From IMG/VR virus record IMGVR_UViG_3300020578_000011: a stretch of 64,000 nucleotides of DNA; one strand, 5' to 3'. The first letter of the stretch is position 1, and every line of letters begins with the position of its first letter. The stretch comes from a virus. The position numbers and the translations under genes were made by a program. Below, piece by piece: positions 10,415-19,957 of the stretch. Below the pieces are notes generated by a model. That model was not told the origin of the DNA. It saw only the letters and a program-made list of their open reading frames with translations, and did not search any database.

Positions 10415-12223
10415 ATGGCTGATAATTTTATAAATATAAAAAGTGGATTAAACATACCATCGTATCCAGATTTAATTTCATTAAATGCAATTTCAAATCC
10501 AAAGCCAGGTGATTGTGCTTTAGTAAATGGTTTTTTATATATATACAACGACACAGTGTGGAATTCTATTGGAGCTGTTTATTCTGTTAATGAAAAAATT
10601 GGAAACGTAAATCTTACTACTATAGATATACCAGAAGATCCATCTGGTCTTTACTATACAGATACTAGAGCAAAAACAGCCGCGATTGTTGATTCAACAT
10701 CTGGATCACAAACAGATCAAGCTGCATCTGTTTCTGCTATGAAGAATTATATAAATAGTGAAATTGGTATTGAAACTTCCAATAGAACATTGGCAGATTC
10801 TGCTTTGGTTAGCAAAAGCGGCGATTCTATAACTGGTAATTTAACTTTTTCTAATGGATCTGGCATTGAATCTACTTCTGATAATTCTGAATTAAATATT
10901 GGAACAACTTCTTATACTCACTCTGTAAATATAGGAACAGGCTCTCATGCTAGTTCTATAAATATAGGAACGGGAACAGGAACATCTACTATAAATATCG
11001 GAGCAGCTGGCGATACTGTAAATATCAATGGAGAGCTTACGTATGTTGGTGTTTCAAATTTAAATGTAACCGATAAAGATATAAATTTAAATGTTGGTGG
11101 GCCAGTTGCCTCTGGTGAAAGTTCTGGTGTTCATGTTGAAGAGGGTGGGATTATAACTGGTTATGTTCATGTTGCAAATTCTAGAAATAGCTGGGAAATA
11201 AAATCTCCAGCTAAAACCGGAACTATTCAAATAACACCTTCTAATAATGCTTTTAATACAGAAATTGTTTCATCTTCAACTTCAAATAGAACAATAACGC
11301 TTCCAGATTTAACGGGCACGATTGCTTTAACGTCTCAATTAAATAATTATATTTTAAATTCTGAAAAAGCAACAGCATCTGGCATTGCTACACTTGGTGT
11401 TGATAGTAAATTAATATTATCTCAATTGCCAAATCTTACAACTGCAAATATACCAGAAGATCCATCTGGTCTTTACTATACAGATGCTAGAGCAAAAACA
11501 GCTGCAGTTGTTAATTCAACCTCTGGAACACAAACAGATCAATCTGCATCTGTTTCTGCTATGAAGAATTATGCAATTTCAATATCTGAAAAAGCAGCAG
11601 CATCTGGCATTGCTACACTTGATATCAATAGCAAATTAACATTATCTCAATTTCCAGATTCAATTGCAAAACCAATAATCGCAGATCCTATTGGCAGTTC
11701 TAGTGGATCTTCGGGCTCTATAAGATTAAAAGAATTAGCTGCTAATGGTAATAATTATGTTTCCTTTAAAGCACCTGATTTAATAAATGCAGATACAGCA
11801 TGGACACTTCCTTCCCAAGATGGCACAATAGGCCAGGTGCTTGCAACAGATGGTGCAGGAATATTGGAATGGAGAACAAGTGGAACCATTGCATCTACAG
11901 ATACTGTAGCAGCAGCTGGTTATGCATTGAATCCATCATCGGTTAATACAAAAACAACATCATATACTCTTACTTCTTTAGATAATGGAAAAGTAATTGT
12001 AATGGATAGTTCTTCTCCAGTAAATCTAACAATACCATCTGGTTTATCTGTTGGTTTTAATTGTATGATAATACAAACTGGAGCAGGCCAGGTTACACTT
12101 GTTGCAAGCGGTACAACGTTAAATTCTGTAAATGGTTTAAAAATAAGTGTACAACATGGTTCTGTTTCGGTAATGAGTTATGCTTTTAATGTTTTTAATA
12201 TCTCTGGAAATGTTACATTTTAA
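10415..12223 (+). CDS. Tail fibre protein with internal duplications
   Basis: Contains NIGTG beta-helix-like repeats, RTITLPD.TGTIAL and WTLPSQDGT.GQVLATDG.G.L.W fibre motifs, and a C-terminal YTLTSLDNGK domain. Confidence 0.75.
   Translation: MADNFINIKSGLNIPSYPDLISLNAISNPKPGDCALVNGFLYIYNDTVWNSIGAVYSVNEKIGNVNLTTIDIPEDPSGLYYTDTRAKTAAIVDSTSGSQTDQAASVSAMKNYINSEIGIETSNRTLADSALVSKSGDSITGNLTFSNGSGIESTSDNSELNIGTTSYTHSVNIGTGSHASSINIGTGTGTSTINIGAAGDTVNINGELTYVGVSNLNVTDKDINLNVGGPVASGESSGVHVEEGGIITGYVHVANSRNSWEIKSPAKTGTIQITPSNNAFNTEIVSSSTSNRTITLPDLTGTIALTSQLNNYILNSEKATASGIATLGVDSKLILSQLPNLTTANIPEDPSGLYYTDARAKTAAVVNSTSGTQTDQSASVSAMKNYAISISEKAAASGIATLDINSKLTLSQFPDSIAKPIIADPIGSSSGSSGSIRLKELAANGNNYVSFKAPDLINADTAWTLPSQDGTIGQVLATDGAGILEWRTSGTIASTDTVAAAGYALNPSSVNTKTTSYTLTSLDNGKVIVMDSSSPVNLTIPSGLSVGFNCMIIQTGAGQVTLVASGTTLNSVNGLKISVQHGSVSVMSYAFNVFNISGNVTF
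10610..11651 (+). repeat. Intragenic direct repeats in the tail fibre gene (10610-10750 vs 11431-11571; 11360-11427 vs 11586-11651)
   Basis: Near-identical DNA copies encoding IPEDPSGLYYTD.RAKTAA...SVSAMKNY and SEKA.ASGIATL. Confidence 0.9.
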
Positions 12224-12240
12224 TATAAAGAGAAAATATT

Positions 12241-14589
12241 ATGTTTTCTATACCAACCATGCACGGATCTTTGAGTAAATTGCTTCAAAAAGATTATAGT
12301 AATTTATTATTTAATGGAAGTATATATTGCTCGACACAAGACGATCAGCATATTTATCTTGGTGGTGATTTTACAAATATAATTAATACAACACTTACAA
12401 AATCATATAGAAATGCATTAATTAATAAATTAGATGGATCTTTAGTTAATTCTGTAGTTAGATCATATTTAAATGGAGATGTTAATTCTTACGCCATAGA
12501 TGGCGAGTATATGTATATAGGTGGAAGTTTTACTAGTTATAATAATGTAACTAGAAATCGCATAGCTAAAATTAATATCCAAACTGGAATATTAGATTCC
12601 GTTTTTGATCCTGGAGACGGCTTTAGTAATAATGTTTTTTCAATTATTTTAGATGGGAATGATTTATATATATGTGGAAGTTTTAGTAGGTATAATAATA
12701 TAATGGCACAAGGTTTGGTTAAAATAAACAAAACAACTGGTGCATATGATAGTTCTTTTAATACATCTACTGGTTTTGATTCTAGTGTTTATTCGATGTT
12801 ATTAAATGGAAATGATTTATATATTGGTGGAGCTTTTAGCAGCTATAAAGGACAAACAAGAAATCGTTTAGTTAAAATTAATAAACTCACAGCAGCAGTT
12901 GATCCTGTTTTTGATATTTCTGGTGGATTTAGTTCTAGTATATATACATTGGCTTTAGATGGCAATAATTTATATGTTGGTGGAGCTTTTAGCAGCTATA
13001 AAGGACAAACAAGAAATCGTTTAGCTAAAATTAATAAAGACACAGCTATTGAAGTGGATACAGTCGGTACTGGTTTTAGTACTACTAGTGGATTTGATTC
13101 CTCTGTTAATTCATTATTATTAGATGGAAACAATCTATATGCAGGTGGTATGTTTACAGCTTACAAAAATAAAGTAAGAGAAAGAATAGTCAAGATAGAT
13201 AAAACAACAGCCGCAGAAGTAGATGCATCTGGTACTGGTTTTAGTACTACTAGTGGATTTAGTTTTCAAATTAAAACCATGATGGTTGACGGCAATAATC
13301 TATATGTTGGTGGAGCTTTTAGCAGCTATAAAGGAAACACCAGAGGGCATATAGTTAAAATAAACAAAGACACAGCAGCAGAAGTAGATGCATCTGGTAC
13401 TGGTTTTAGTACAACTAGTGGGTTTAATAATGCTGTTTATTCAATGGCAAGCACACCATATGGTTTGTATGTTAGTGGTTCTTTTACCACTTATAAATTA
13501 GATAATTTTTTTAATCGTTCTCGTATTGTTAAAATAAATAAAAAAACATCATTAATAGATACTGATTTTAATACATCTAGTGGTTTTAATAGTAGCGTTC
13601 TTTCAATACTTGTAAATGAAAATGATCTATATGTTGGTGGTTCTTTTTCAGGTTATTCGTCAAATGATAGACAATATTTAGCTAAAATAAACAAAATTAC
13701 AGCAGCAATTGATCCTGTTTTTGATATTTCTGGTGGATTTAGTTCTAGTATATATACATTGGCTTTAGATGGCAATAATTTATATGTTGGTGGTCAGTTT
13801 ACTTTCTACAAAGAAAACGCTAGACAACGAATTGTTAAAATAGATAAAATAACAGCAGCAGAAGTAGATCCCAATGGCACTGGCTTTAGTACTACTAGTG
13901 GGTTTAACAATACAGTAAGATCGATATTGTTAGATGGAAATAATTTATATGCGGGTGGTGTGTTTACAGCTTACAAAAATAAAGTAAGAGGAAGAATAGT
14001 CAAGATAGATAAAACAACAGCAGCAGAAGTAGATGCATCTGGTACTGGTTTTAGTAAAGGCGGAGACGTTGATCTCTCGTCTCCATTCGATCCAATTGTT
14101 TCTTATGGTTTTACTGATTATGTTACAAGTTTACTTATAGATGGAAATAATATATATGTTGGCGGCGGTTTTAGCGGATACATGGATGGATTATCAACTA
14201 TCATAACAAGCAATCTTGCAAAAATAAATAAAAACACAGCTATTTTAGAATCTTTTGGTGCTAGTTCAAAATTTAATAATCCAGTTAACTTGATTGCAAT
14301 AGATGGTAATAATTTATATATTGGTGGTTTATTTACCTCATATTTATCTAACACTAGACAACGAATTGTTAAAATAGATAAAACAACAGCAGCAGAAGTA
14401 GATGCATCTGGTACTGGTTTTAGTACAACTAGTGGGTTTAGTGCTCAAGTTTCATCTATTTTATTAGATAATAATTATATTTATATAAGTGGTAGTTTTA
14501 CTACATATAAAAACAATTCAAAAACACATTTTATCGTTCTTGATAAAAATAATATTTCTACTTCATTAAAATATTTTATATTAGGTTAA
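12241..14589 (+). CDS. Beta-propeller repeat protein (delta-60/DUF5122-like), probable receptor-binding or tail appendage
   Basis: About 14 blades of F.S.V.S..LDGNNLYVGG.F..YK...R.RIVKI.K. Several blades are near-identical at DNA level. Confidence 0.75.
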   Translation: MFSIPTMHGSLSKLLQKDYSNLLFNGSIYCSTQDDQHIYLGGDFTNIINTTLTKSYRNALINKLDGSLVNSVVRSYLNGDVNSYAIDGEYMYIGGSFTSYNNVTRNRIAKINIQTGILDSVFDPGDGFSNNVFSIILDGNDLYICGSFSRYNNIMAQGLVKINKTTGAYDSSFNTSTGFDSSVYSMLLNGNDLYIGGAFSSYKGQTRNRLVKINKLTAAVDPVFDISGGFSSSIYTLALDGNNLYVGGAFSSYKGQTRNRLAKINKDTAIEVDTVGTGFSTTSGFDSSVNSLLLDGNNLYAGGMFTAYKNKVRERIVKIDKTTAAEVDASGTGFSTTSGFSFQIKTMMVDGNNLYVGGAFSSYKGNTRGHIVKINKDTAAEVDASGTGFSTTSGFNNAVYSMASTPYGLYVSGSFTTYKLDNFFNRSRIVKINKKTSLIDTDFNTSSGFNSSVLSILVNENDLYVGGSFSGYSSNDRQYLAKINKITAAIDPVFDISGGFSSSIYTLALDGNNLYVGGQFTFYKENARQRIVKIDKITAAEVDPNGTGFSTTSGFNNTVRSILLDGNNLYAGGVFTAYKNKVRGRIVKIDKTTAAEVDASGTGFSKGGDVDLSSPFDPIVSYGFTDYVTSLLIDGNNIYVGGGFSGYMDGLSTIITSNLAKINKNTAILESFGASSKFNNPVNLIAIDGNNLYIGGLFTSYLSNTRQRIVKIDKTTAAEVDASGTGFSTTSGFSAQVSSILLDNNYIYISGSFTTYKNNSKTHFIVLDKNNISTSLKYFILG

Positions 14590-14591
14590 AA

Positions 14592-14792
14592 ATGTTAAAA
14601 ATATTATACTCAAGAAGAACATTAATAGCAATTGTATCAATGACTTATTTATTAATATTAGGATTGGTTGTAAAGGCAGATGTTGTTGGAGCAATGGTTA
14701 TGATTGCAACATCTTTGGCTCTTGGTAATGCTGCAGAAGGTATTTTTAGTCAAGTTGGTATCAAACAAAAAAATAAGTCCGATATGGAATAA
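14592..14792 (+). CDS. Small two-TM membrane protein, holin-like
   Basis: 66 aa with an N-terminal SRR, two hydrophobic helices, an ALGNAAE motif and a basic C-tail. Confidence 0.45.
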   Translation: MLKILYSRRTLIAIVSMTYLLILGLVVKADVVGAMVMIATSLALGNAAEGIFSQVGIKQKNKSDME

Positions 14793-14800
14793 ACTATTAT

Positions 14801-14811
14801 TGTGATATGAT
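14801..14811 (+). promoter_or_regulatory. Extended -10 promoter (TGTGATATGAT) upstream of a tail fibre gene
   Basis: TRTG-n-TAnnnT motif in the intergenic gap, flanked by a tattat/ataata inverted repeat. Confidence 0.45.
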
Positions 14812-14901
14812 AATAAAGACACACACTTGGGGAGTTAACAAGTTGTGATATTAGTGCCATAAGTACTTGTCGTCTCCCTTTGGTTATAATAAGAGGTTGA
14901 G

Positions 14902-17409
14902 ATGACTATAAATAATAAATTAGATAATCGCCAATCGAGACAGAGAGCAGCATTAGATCAGGTTAGTAATGAGACAGATCTTCGTCTTGATACTATATTA
15001 AATCTTGTTAATGATGAACTAACTCCACCTCTAAGATTAAGAGCTGATATTCCAGGAACAAGATATGTTTACATAGATTCATATCAAGTACAAACCGCAG
15101 ATGGATCAAGTGGTCATAAAAGAAACAAATCAATACCACCCTTACAAGACAAGATTCCATCTTTCACTGGTGGAAACTTTCAATTGCCAAGCACAAGTGG
15201 TGGAAATATAACGGGTAGTGTTTTTCCAGTTGGTGTAACTTATACACTAAATATAACATCTGGTTTTTTTAGAAAAATGATTGTATCATTAGACTCTGAT
15301 GGTAAGATTGTTCTTTCTTTTGGAACAACGGAGTCTGTGACGGAAAGTTTAGCATCCATTCCGGCATCTGATTCTTCTACCTTTCCAATTGGAATTGTTG
15401 TTTTAAAAAATGAAGGTGGAACAATTAGAAATGTCTCTAGTGAACACATATATCAATTTACTGGAAACACTAATGCAGGCGCAGATGCAAATATAGTTAG
15501 AGTTAATAAATCAAATCATAATTTTGTAATTGGCGATGTTCTGTATTATAGCGGTTCTCAATATGAGAAAGCATTAGCTACTGTTTCTAACACATCTAAT
15601 GTTGTCGGAATGGTTTCTAAAATAGTAGATACTAATAATTTTGAATTAACAACCGATGGAAGGGTTGTTGGAAGCATACTAGCTGAAAATGCAGGAGTTG
15701 CATTGACTCCGGGTTCAAAATATTTTTTAAGCGATTCTACTGCAGGTAGGGTAACTACAACTGCTCCAACTGTTGTTGGAAGAATGAGGGTAGAGCTAGG
15801 TCAGGCACTTGGTGCAACTTCATTTGCAATATCTCCTAAACTTGGAATCGTTGTTGGAAGTGTTTATGACAGTCCAAATTTAAGAACACAAGTGAACTTA
15901 ACAGGTTCTTCGTCTGTTGAATCTACAACTGTTATTCAAAATGTAAGTGGATATGATGGAGGCGAATTAGTTGGATTTGTAACTTTAGACGCCAATACGG
16001 ATTATAAGTTTTATGTACAAGCTCAATTCATTAAAAATAGTTCAAATATTTATGACATGGCTCGTCAAGTAACGGGCGATACTCCTCCACTAGGTTTTTC
16101 TATAACCATCACACCCGCAGGTGTTATTCAAATAATACTTCCTACAATGGATGGATGGGTAAGTGGAAATATAGTTTATGCATTAAATGCACCCGCAATA
16201 GGAACAAGTTTTCCTTTAACAGTAAACACCTCTAATATAACAACTAATTATAGAGAAGTAACATCTGCATACTCGTTGACTATTAATGATTATATGGTTG
16301 TAGCATCCGGAAGCAGTACCTATTCTCTTACTCTTCCCATTATTTCTGGTTCGGGTGTTTCTTATATCATTAAATCAAACATGAATTCTGGTATTGGTTT
16401 AACAGTCAATAGAAGCGGAAGCGATACTTTTGGAGATGGGACCATATCTAAAGCCCTGTCAGCTGGAGAGGTTTTAAAGATAACAAGTAGTTCTAACAAA
16501 TGGATAATTACTGATTTTTCACAAGACATTGCTGCGGTGTCTAGTCCATCTTTAACTGGAGCAAAGATAACTGGATTAACCGCATCCAGAGCTGTTCAGG
16601 CGGATGCTAGTAAAAATTTAGTAAGTGCACCCTTTGCTCTTCCTGTTGGAGCAGGTTCTCTTTTACAGATTTTATCCTCTGGCGGAGATGGGACTTCTTC
16701 TTGGGTAACTCGTCCAAAAATAAGAACTCAGACTTTCACATCTAATGGAAATTGGACGTGTCCTGCTGGTGTTGATACTGTATTAGTTTTTGGATGCGGA
16801 GGAGGGGGAGGTGGAGGTGGAGCTCAGTCAAGTTCACAAGGTCCACAGGGAGGAGGAGGATCTGGTTTTCAATCATATATTTCCTCTACCATACCGGGTC
16901 AGCTCTACTCGATCATAATAGGGGTGGGGGGAAGTGGAGGTGGAGCTAGTGGTTTTAATGCTTCGTCTAATGGAGGTAACGGAGGATCTTCTTCATTTGG
17001 GTCTTCTGTTACTTTTCTAGGAGGAAAAGGTGGACGATATGTATTATGGATTCCAAATGGAACAGCAGGAGGAGGAGATGGCGGTGCTGGTTCTGATTGG
17101 GAGCCTATGTACAATGTAAGTTCATGGAACACTAGGGCTCAAGATGGGCAAAGAGGTTTTAATTCTGAAGGCGGTAGTGGTGGAGCAAATTATTCTTCGG
17201 CAAGCGGTGGCGGCGGCGGTGGCGGCTATACTGGAAGCGGTGGACATGGAGCTTATACCGTTTATACAGGATATCCTAATTATAATTATTTTTACTATCC
17301 AGCTACCAATGGAACCGGATACGGAAGCGGCGGAGGCGGTGGTGGAACTAATTATTCTACAGGCGGAAATGGCTCCTCTGGAATAGTAATAGTATGTTGG
17401 GTTGAATAA
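14902..17409 (+). CDS. Tail fibre protein with C-terminal glycine-rich domain
   Basis: Has a DUF2190-like HNFVIGDVLY...LTPGSKYFLS module, then FTSNGNWTCPAGV...GGGGG...GSSGIVIV, the classic Gly-rich fibre tip. Confidence 0.8.
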   Translation: MTINNKLDNRQSRQRAALDQVSNETDLRLDTILNLVNDELTPPLRLRADIPGTRYVYIDSYQVQTADGSSGHKRNKSIPPLQDKIPSFTGGNFQLPSTSGGNITGSVFPVGVTYTLNITSGFFRKMIVSLDSDGKIVLSFGTTESVTESLASIPASDSSTFPIGIVVLKNEGGTIRNVSSEHIYQFTGNTNAGADANIVRVNKSNHNFVIGDVLYYSGSQYEKALATVSNTSNVVGMVSKIVDTNNFELTTDGRVVGSILAENAGVALTPGSKYFLSDSTAGRVTTTAPTVVGRMRVELGQALGATSFAISPKLGIVVGSVYDSPNLRTQVNLTGSSSVESTTVIQNVSGYDGGELVGFVTLDANTDYKFYVQAQFIKNSSNIYDMARQVTGDTPPLGFSITITPAGVIQIILPTMDGWVSGNIVYALNAPAIGTSFPLTVNTSNITTNYREVTSAYSLTINDYMVVASGSSTYSLTLPIISGSGVSYIIKSNMNSGIGLTVNRSGSDTFGDGTISKALSAGEVLKITSSSNKWIITDFSQDIAAVSSPSLTGAKITGLTASRAVQADASKNLVSAPFALPVGAGSLLQILSSGGDGTSSWVTRPKIRTQTFTSNGNWTCPAGVDTVLVFGCGGGGGGGGAQSSSQGPQGGGGSGFQSYISSTIPGQLYSIIIGVGGSGGGASGFNASSNGGNGGSSSFGSSVTFLGGKGGRYVLWIPNGTAGGGDGGAGSDWEPMYNVSSWNTRAQDGQRGFNSEGGSGGANYSSASGGGGGGGYTGSGGHGAYTVYTGYPNYNYFYYPATNGTGYGSGGGGGGTNYSTGGNGSSGIVIVCWVE

Positions 17410-17420
17410 GGAGAAATAAA

Positions 17421-18074
17421 ATGGCAGATAAATCTTTATTAGGTAGTTATAGCGATCCAACTGGTACATATACTTTTACGGGTCTTGGTCTTGTTCCAAT
17501 TGGAACAATTTTGGCTATTGGTGATGCGGGAGCATGGGCGTTGCCGGCGAATGGTGCAATCAAAGATGGCTATGCACTATGCAATGGTCAAGAAAAACCC
17601 GCAGGAAGTGCGGCTGGGCTTGCGGCAAACTTGCCCAACTTAACCGACGATCGTTTTTTGCATGGATCAACGGCTATAGGAGGCACGGGCGGTTCCACGT
17701 CAAAAACGACCACGGGAATTGCCGCAAGTTTCGATAAAAACGTAATGAATACGAATCAAAACGCACATTTTCATAAATTGCCGTTCTGGGGATACACAAA
17801 CGAGAGTGGTACGTTTGGTCAACTAAACTTTACTATGAATACAAACCAAAATGGTCGTGGATATTATGGTGAAACTAATGTTGGTGGAAGTGCGGGTGCT
17901 ATTGCATCTACTTCTTCTGTTATTATCACACCTGCTAATGTAACTAATGTTAACTCGTCATCAGAATCAATTACATGGAACTCAGCCACCGTAACTACGA
18001 CAATTACGCAAGGTACAATCGCCGATATTCGTCCCAACTATTTCAATGTTGTTTATGTCATGCGGGTTGCATAA
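17421..18074 (+). CDS. Tail collar domain protein / short fibre
   Basis: VPIGTIL...GYALCNGQ...LPNLTDDRFLHG and C-terminal IRPNYFNVVYVMRV are collar-domain signatures. Confidence 0.85.
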   Translation: MADKSLLGSYSDPTGTYTFTGLGLVPIGTILAIGDAGAWALPANGAIKDGYALCNGQEKPAGSAAGLAANLPNLTDDRFLHGSTAIGGTGGSTSKTTTGIAASFDKNVMNTNQNAHFHKLPFWGYTNESGTFGQLNFTMNTNQNGRGYYGETNVGGSAGAIASTSSVIITPANVTNVNSSSESITWNSATVTTTITQGTIADIRPNYFNVVYVMRVA

Positions 18075-18310
18075 TGGAATATAAAATTAAGTTTAAGCAT
18101 ATGACATCTTGGTTTTGGAAAAAAATACAAGCAGCTGGTCATTCTTATAATAAAGAAATTGATAAGTTAATTATCTTTAAAAAAGATGGATCTATTGAAG
18201 AGATACCAGAATGGTCTAAATGCTATGTGAAACTTGATACTGATTTTATCTTAGCTCAAAAAAAGGATATGGAAAAAGAATCTGGCATTGATATTAAATT
18301 AAATGTTTAA
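18074..18310 (+). CDS. Hypothetical protein (78 aa)
   Basis: The ATG overlaps the upstream TAA (TAATG coupling). The track start at 17975 is probably too long. Confidence 0.65.
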   Translation: MEYKIKFKHMTSWFWKKIQAAGHSYNKEIDKLIIFKKDGSIEEIPEWSKCYVKLDTDFILAQKKDMEKESGIDIKLNV

Positions 18311-18375
18311 TTATTTACAATATGTTTAATGTGTTTATTTGTTAGTATAACAATACTAATCAATGGAGAACTTTC

Positions 18376-18489
18376 ATGAGTAATATTATAGTCAAAGATA
18401 CAACAACTGCTGTTTCTAATATACTTGAAACAATCAGACCCATGTCTGTGATTAAAAAAGAAGATCAACAGTTTTTAGTTGCTCAGTAG
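18376..18489 (+). CDS. Small ORF (37 aa, MSNIIVKDTTTAVSNILETIRPMSVIKKEDQQFLVAQ)
   Basis: GGAGA RBS before the ATG and a TATAAC -10-like element upstream. Below the ORF-track cutoff. Confidence 0.4.
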   Translation: MSNIIVKDTTTAVSNILETIRPMSVIKKEDQQFLVAQ

Positions 18490-18884
18490 CTTTTTAACAA
18501 TCCCCAAGTTATATCAATATACAGATTTTCTTCTATATTGTTTTTTTCAACATAATCTCTTCCCCAGATTATATTTATGCCTTTAAGTCTCATATCATAT
18601 ATTATTTCTGATTCTGTAAAATCTAAAACCATCTTAGATTCATAATCAATCACATGTAGTCTTCTTTCAAGATCTTTGCAAAACTCATATATCCCTTGTC
18701 TAATTATCCAAAGACTGTTTGGTTGTATTCTGTTACTTTTTATTAAAAGATCGTTTATATGATTTATTGTTTGATATATATGACTTTCAATATCTTCATT
18801 TTTAGTATTTTCTTTAGCGATTTTATTTCTTTCCATCTTTCTTTTTATCATTCTATTTACAGAGTCTCTGCTTGTCCAACTCAT
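18483..18884 (-). CDS. Hypothetical protein
   Basis: ATGA-coupled to the helicase gene, 133 aa. Confidence 0.65.
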   Translation of the reverse strand: MSWTSRDSVNRMIKRKMERNKIAKENTKNEDIESHIYQTINHINDLLIKSNRIQPNSLWIIRQGIYEFCKDLERRLHVIDYESKMVLDFTESEIIYDMRLKGINIIWGRDYVEKNNIEENLYIDITWGLLKSY

Positions 18885-19957
18885 ATAATATCCTCTGTGT
18901 TTGATATTTTATCTTCAATACTTGAAGTTAATTCTTTTAACTTATCTAGATTCATCTTATCTCGAAGATCCTTTAACTCTTCCTTTGTAACATGTGAGAA
19001 CATGCCGTTCTCGTATTTACATGATATAGTAACTTCATTCTTAAAGAATCGACCTTTTGCAAGATAGAAATTAGAAACAGGCATACCTTTGACCTTTATT
19101 ACTTCTATGACAGCTGCTGCTGCTTCATATAGACCTCTTGCCCATTTAACACGTTGTTCAAAGTTTCTTTCGGTCTCGTCTGAATTTAATGGAACCAATT
19201 GTGTCATCAATACTACGGGTGTTTTTGCATGTTGTGCGTAATCAGTTATCATGTCTTTAAAATTATATAAAGCCATAGTTCTTTCTATAGTTGGATTTTT
19301 AACTGATTTAACAATTCGTTGAGCAAAATCTATAACTATACAAGAATACGAACCGGACCTATCTATTTCATGCAATAGTTTTTCTATTGCTTCTATTGTC
19401 GTAGATCCAACAGGATCATCTGCAATAGTTATATTTGGTTCTATTTTTATAATTTCCATAGCTACCATTTTGCGAATAGATGCTGGCAACTTATCTTGAA
19501 CATATTGATTAAAATCAATACCTAATTCTGCACATGCAATTCGTGCATATATTTTTGCAGCTGTCTCTTCGTTTGAGATTACGAATGTTTTCTTTCCCTG
19601 CTTCATCAAGGCGTGCGCAATCGCTGCTGTTGTTGTTGATTTACCAGTACCAGATGCTGCACCTATTAAATACAAAGCACCGGGACATAATGGACAAACT
19701 GCTGACAAAGTTGGATTAATAAAAGTTACACTCTGCCTAATTAGAGCAGCGTCTCTCTCTAGAACGCCGATCATCTTTTTCGCATGTTCAGCACCTTTAT
19801 TTGCCTCTATCTCTGAGAGAGAAAAATCTCTCAATCTTTTATTTCTCTTCTCTGCTTCTTCAAATTTATTTACTTCAGCTTCTATTTTAGCTTGTTTAAT
19901 TTTTTGTTCTTTTTCATATAACTCAGCACGAGACATTAGTTTAACAGCATCAGTCAT
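18881..19957 (-). CDS. dnaB: DnaB-like (SF4) replicative helicase
   Basis: Walker A GAASGTGKS, ISNEE, Walker B IVIDF, VVLMTQL and a KGR arginine-finger motif. Confidence 0.85.
   Translation of the reverse strand: MTDAVKLMSRAELYEKEQKIKQAKIEAEVNKFEEAEKRNKRLRDFSLSEIEANKGAEHAKKMIGVLERDAALIRQSVTFINPTLSAVCPLCPGALYLIGAASGTGKSTTTAAIAHALMKQGKKTFVISNEETAAKIYARIACAELGIDFNQYVQDKLPASIRKMVAMEIIKIEPNITIADDPVGSTTIEAIEKLLHEIDRSGSYSCIVIDFAQRIVKSVKNPTIERTMALYNFKDMITDYAQHAKTPVVLMTQLVPLNSDETERNFEQRVKWARGLYEAAAAVIEVIKVKGMPVSNFYLAKGRFFKNEVTISCKYENGMFSHVTKEELKDLRDKMNLDKLKELTSSIEDKISNTEDII

Noticed and set aside
16905-17469. Overlapping ORFs on the Gly-rich fibre tip
   Set aside because: Shadows of GGN codon runs.
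14902-18074. Diversity-generating retroelement or invertase shufflon acting on the tail fibres
   Set aside because: No reverse transcriptase, no TR/VR pair differing at adenines, and no recombinase or inverted crossover sites seen in the window.
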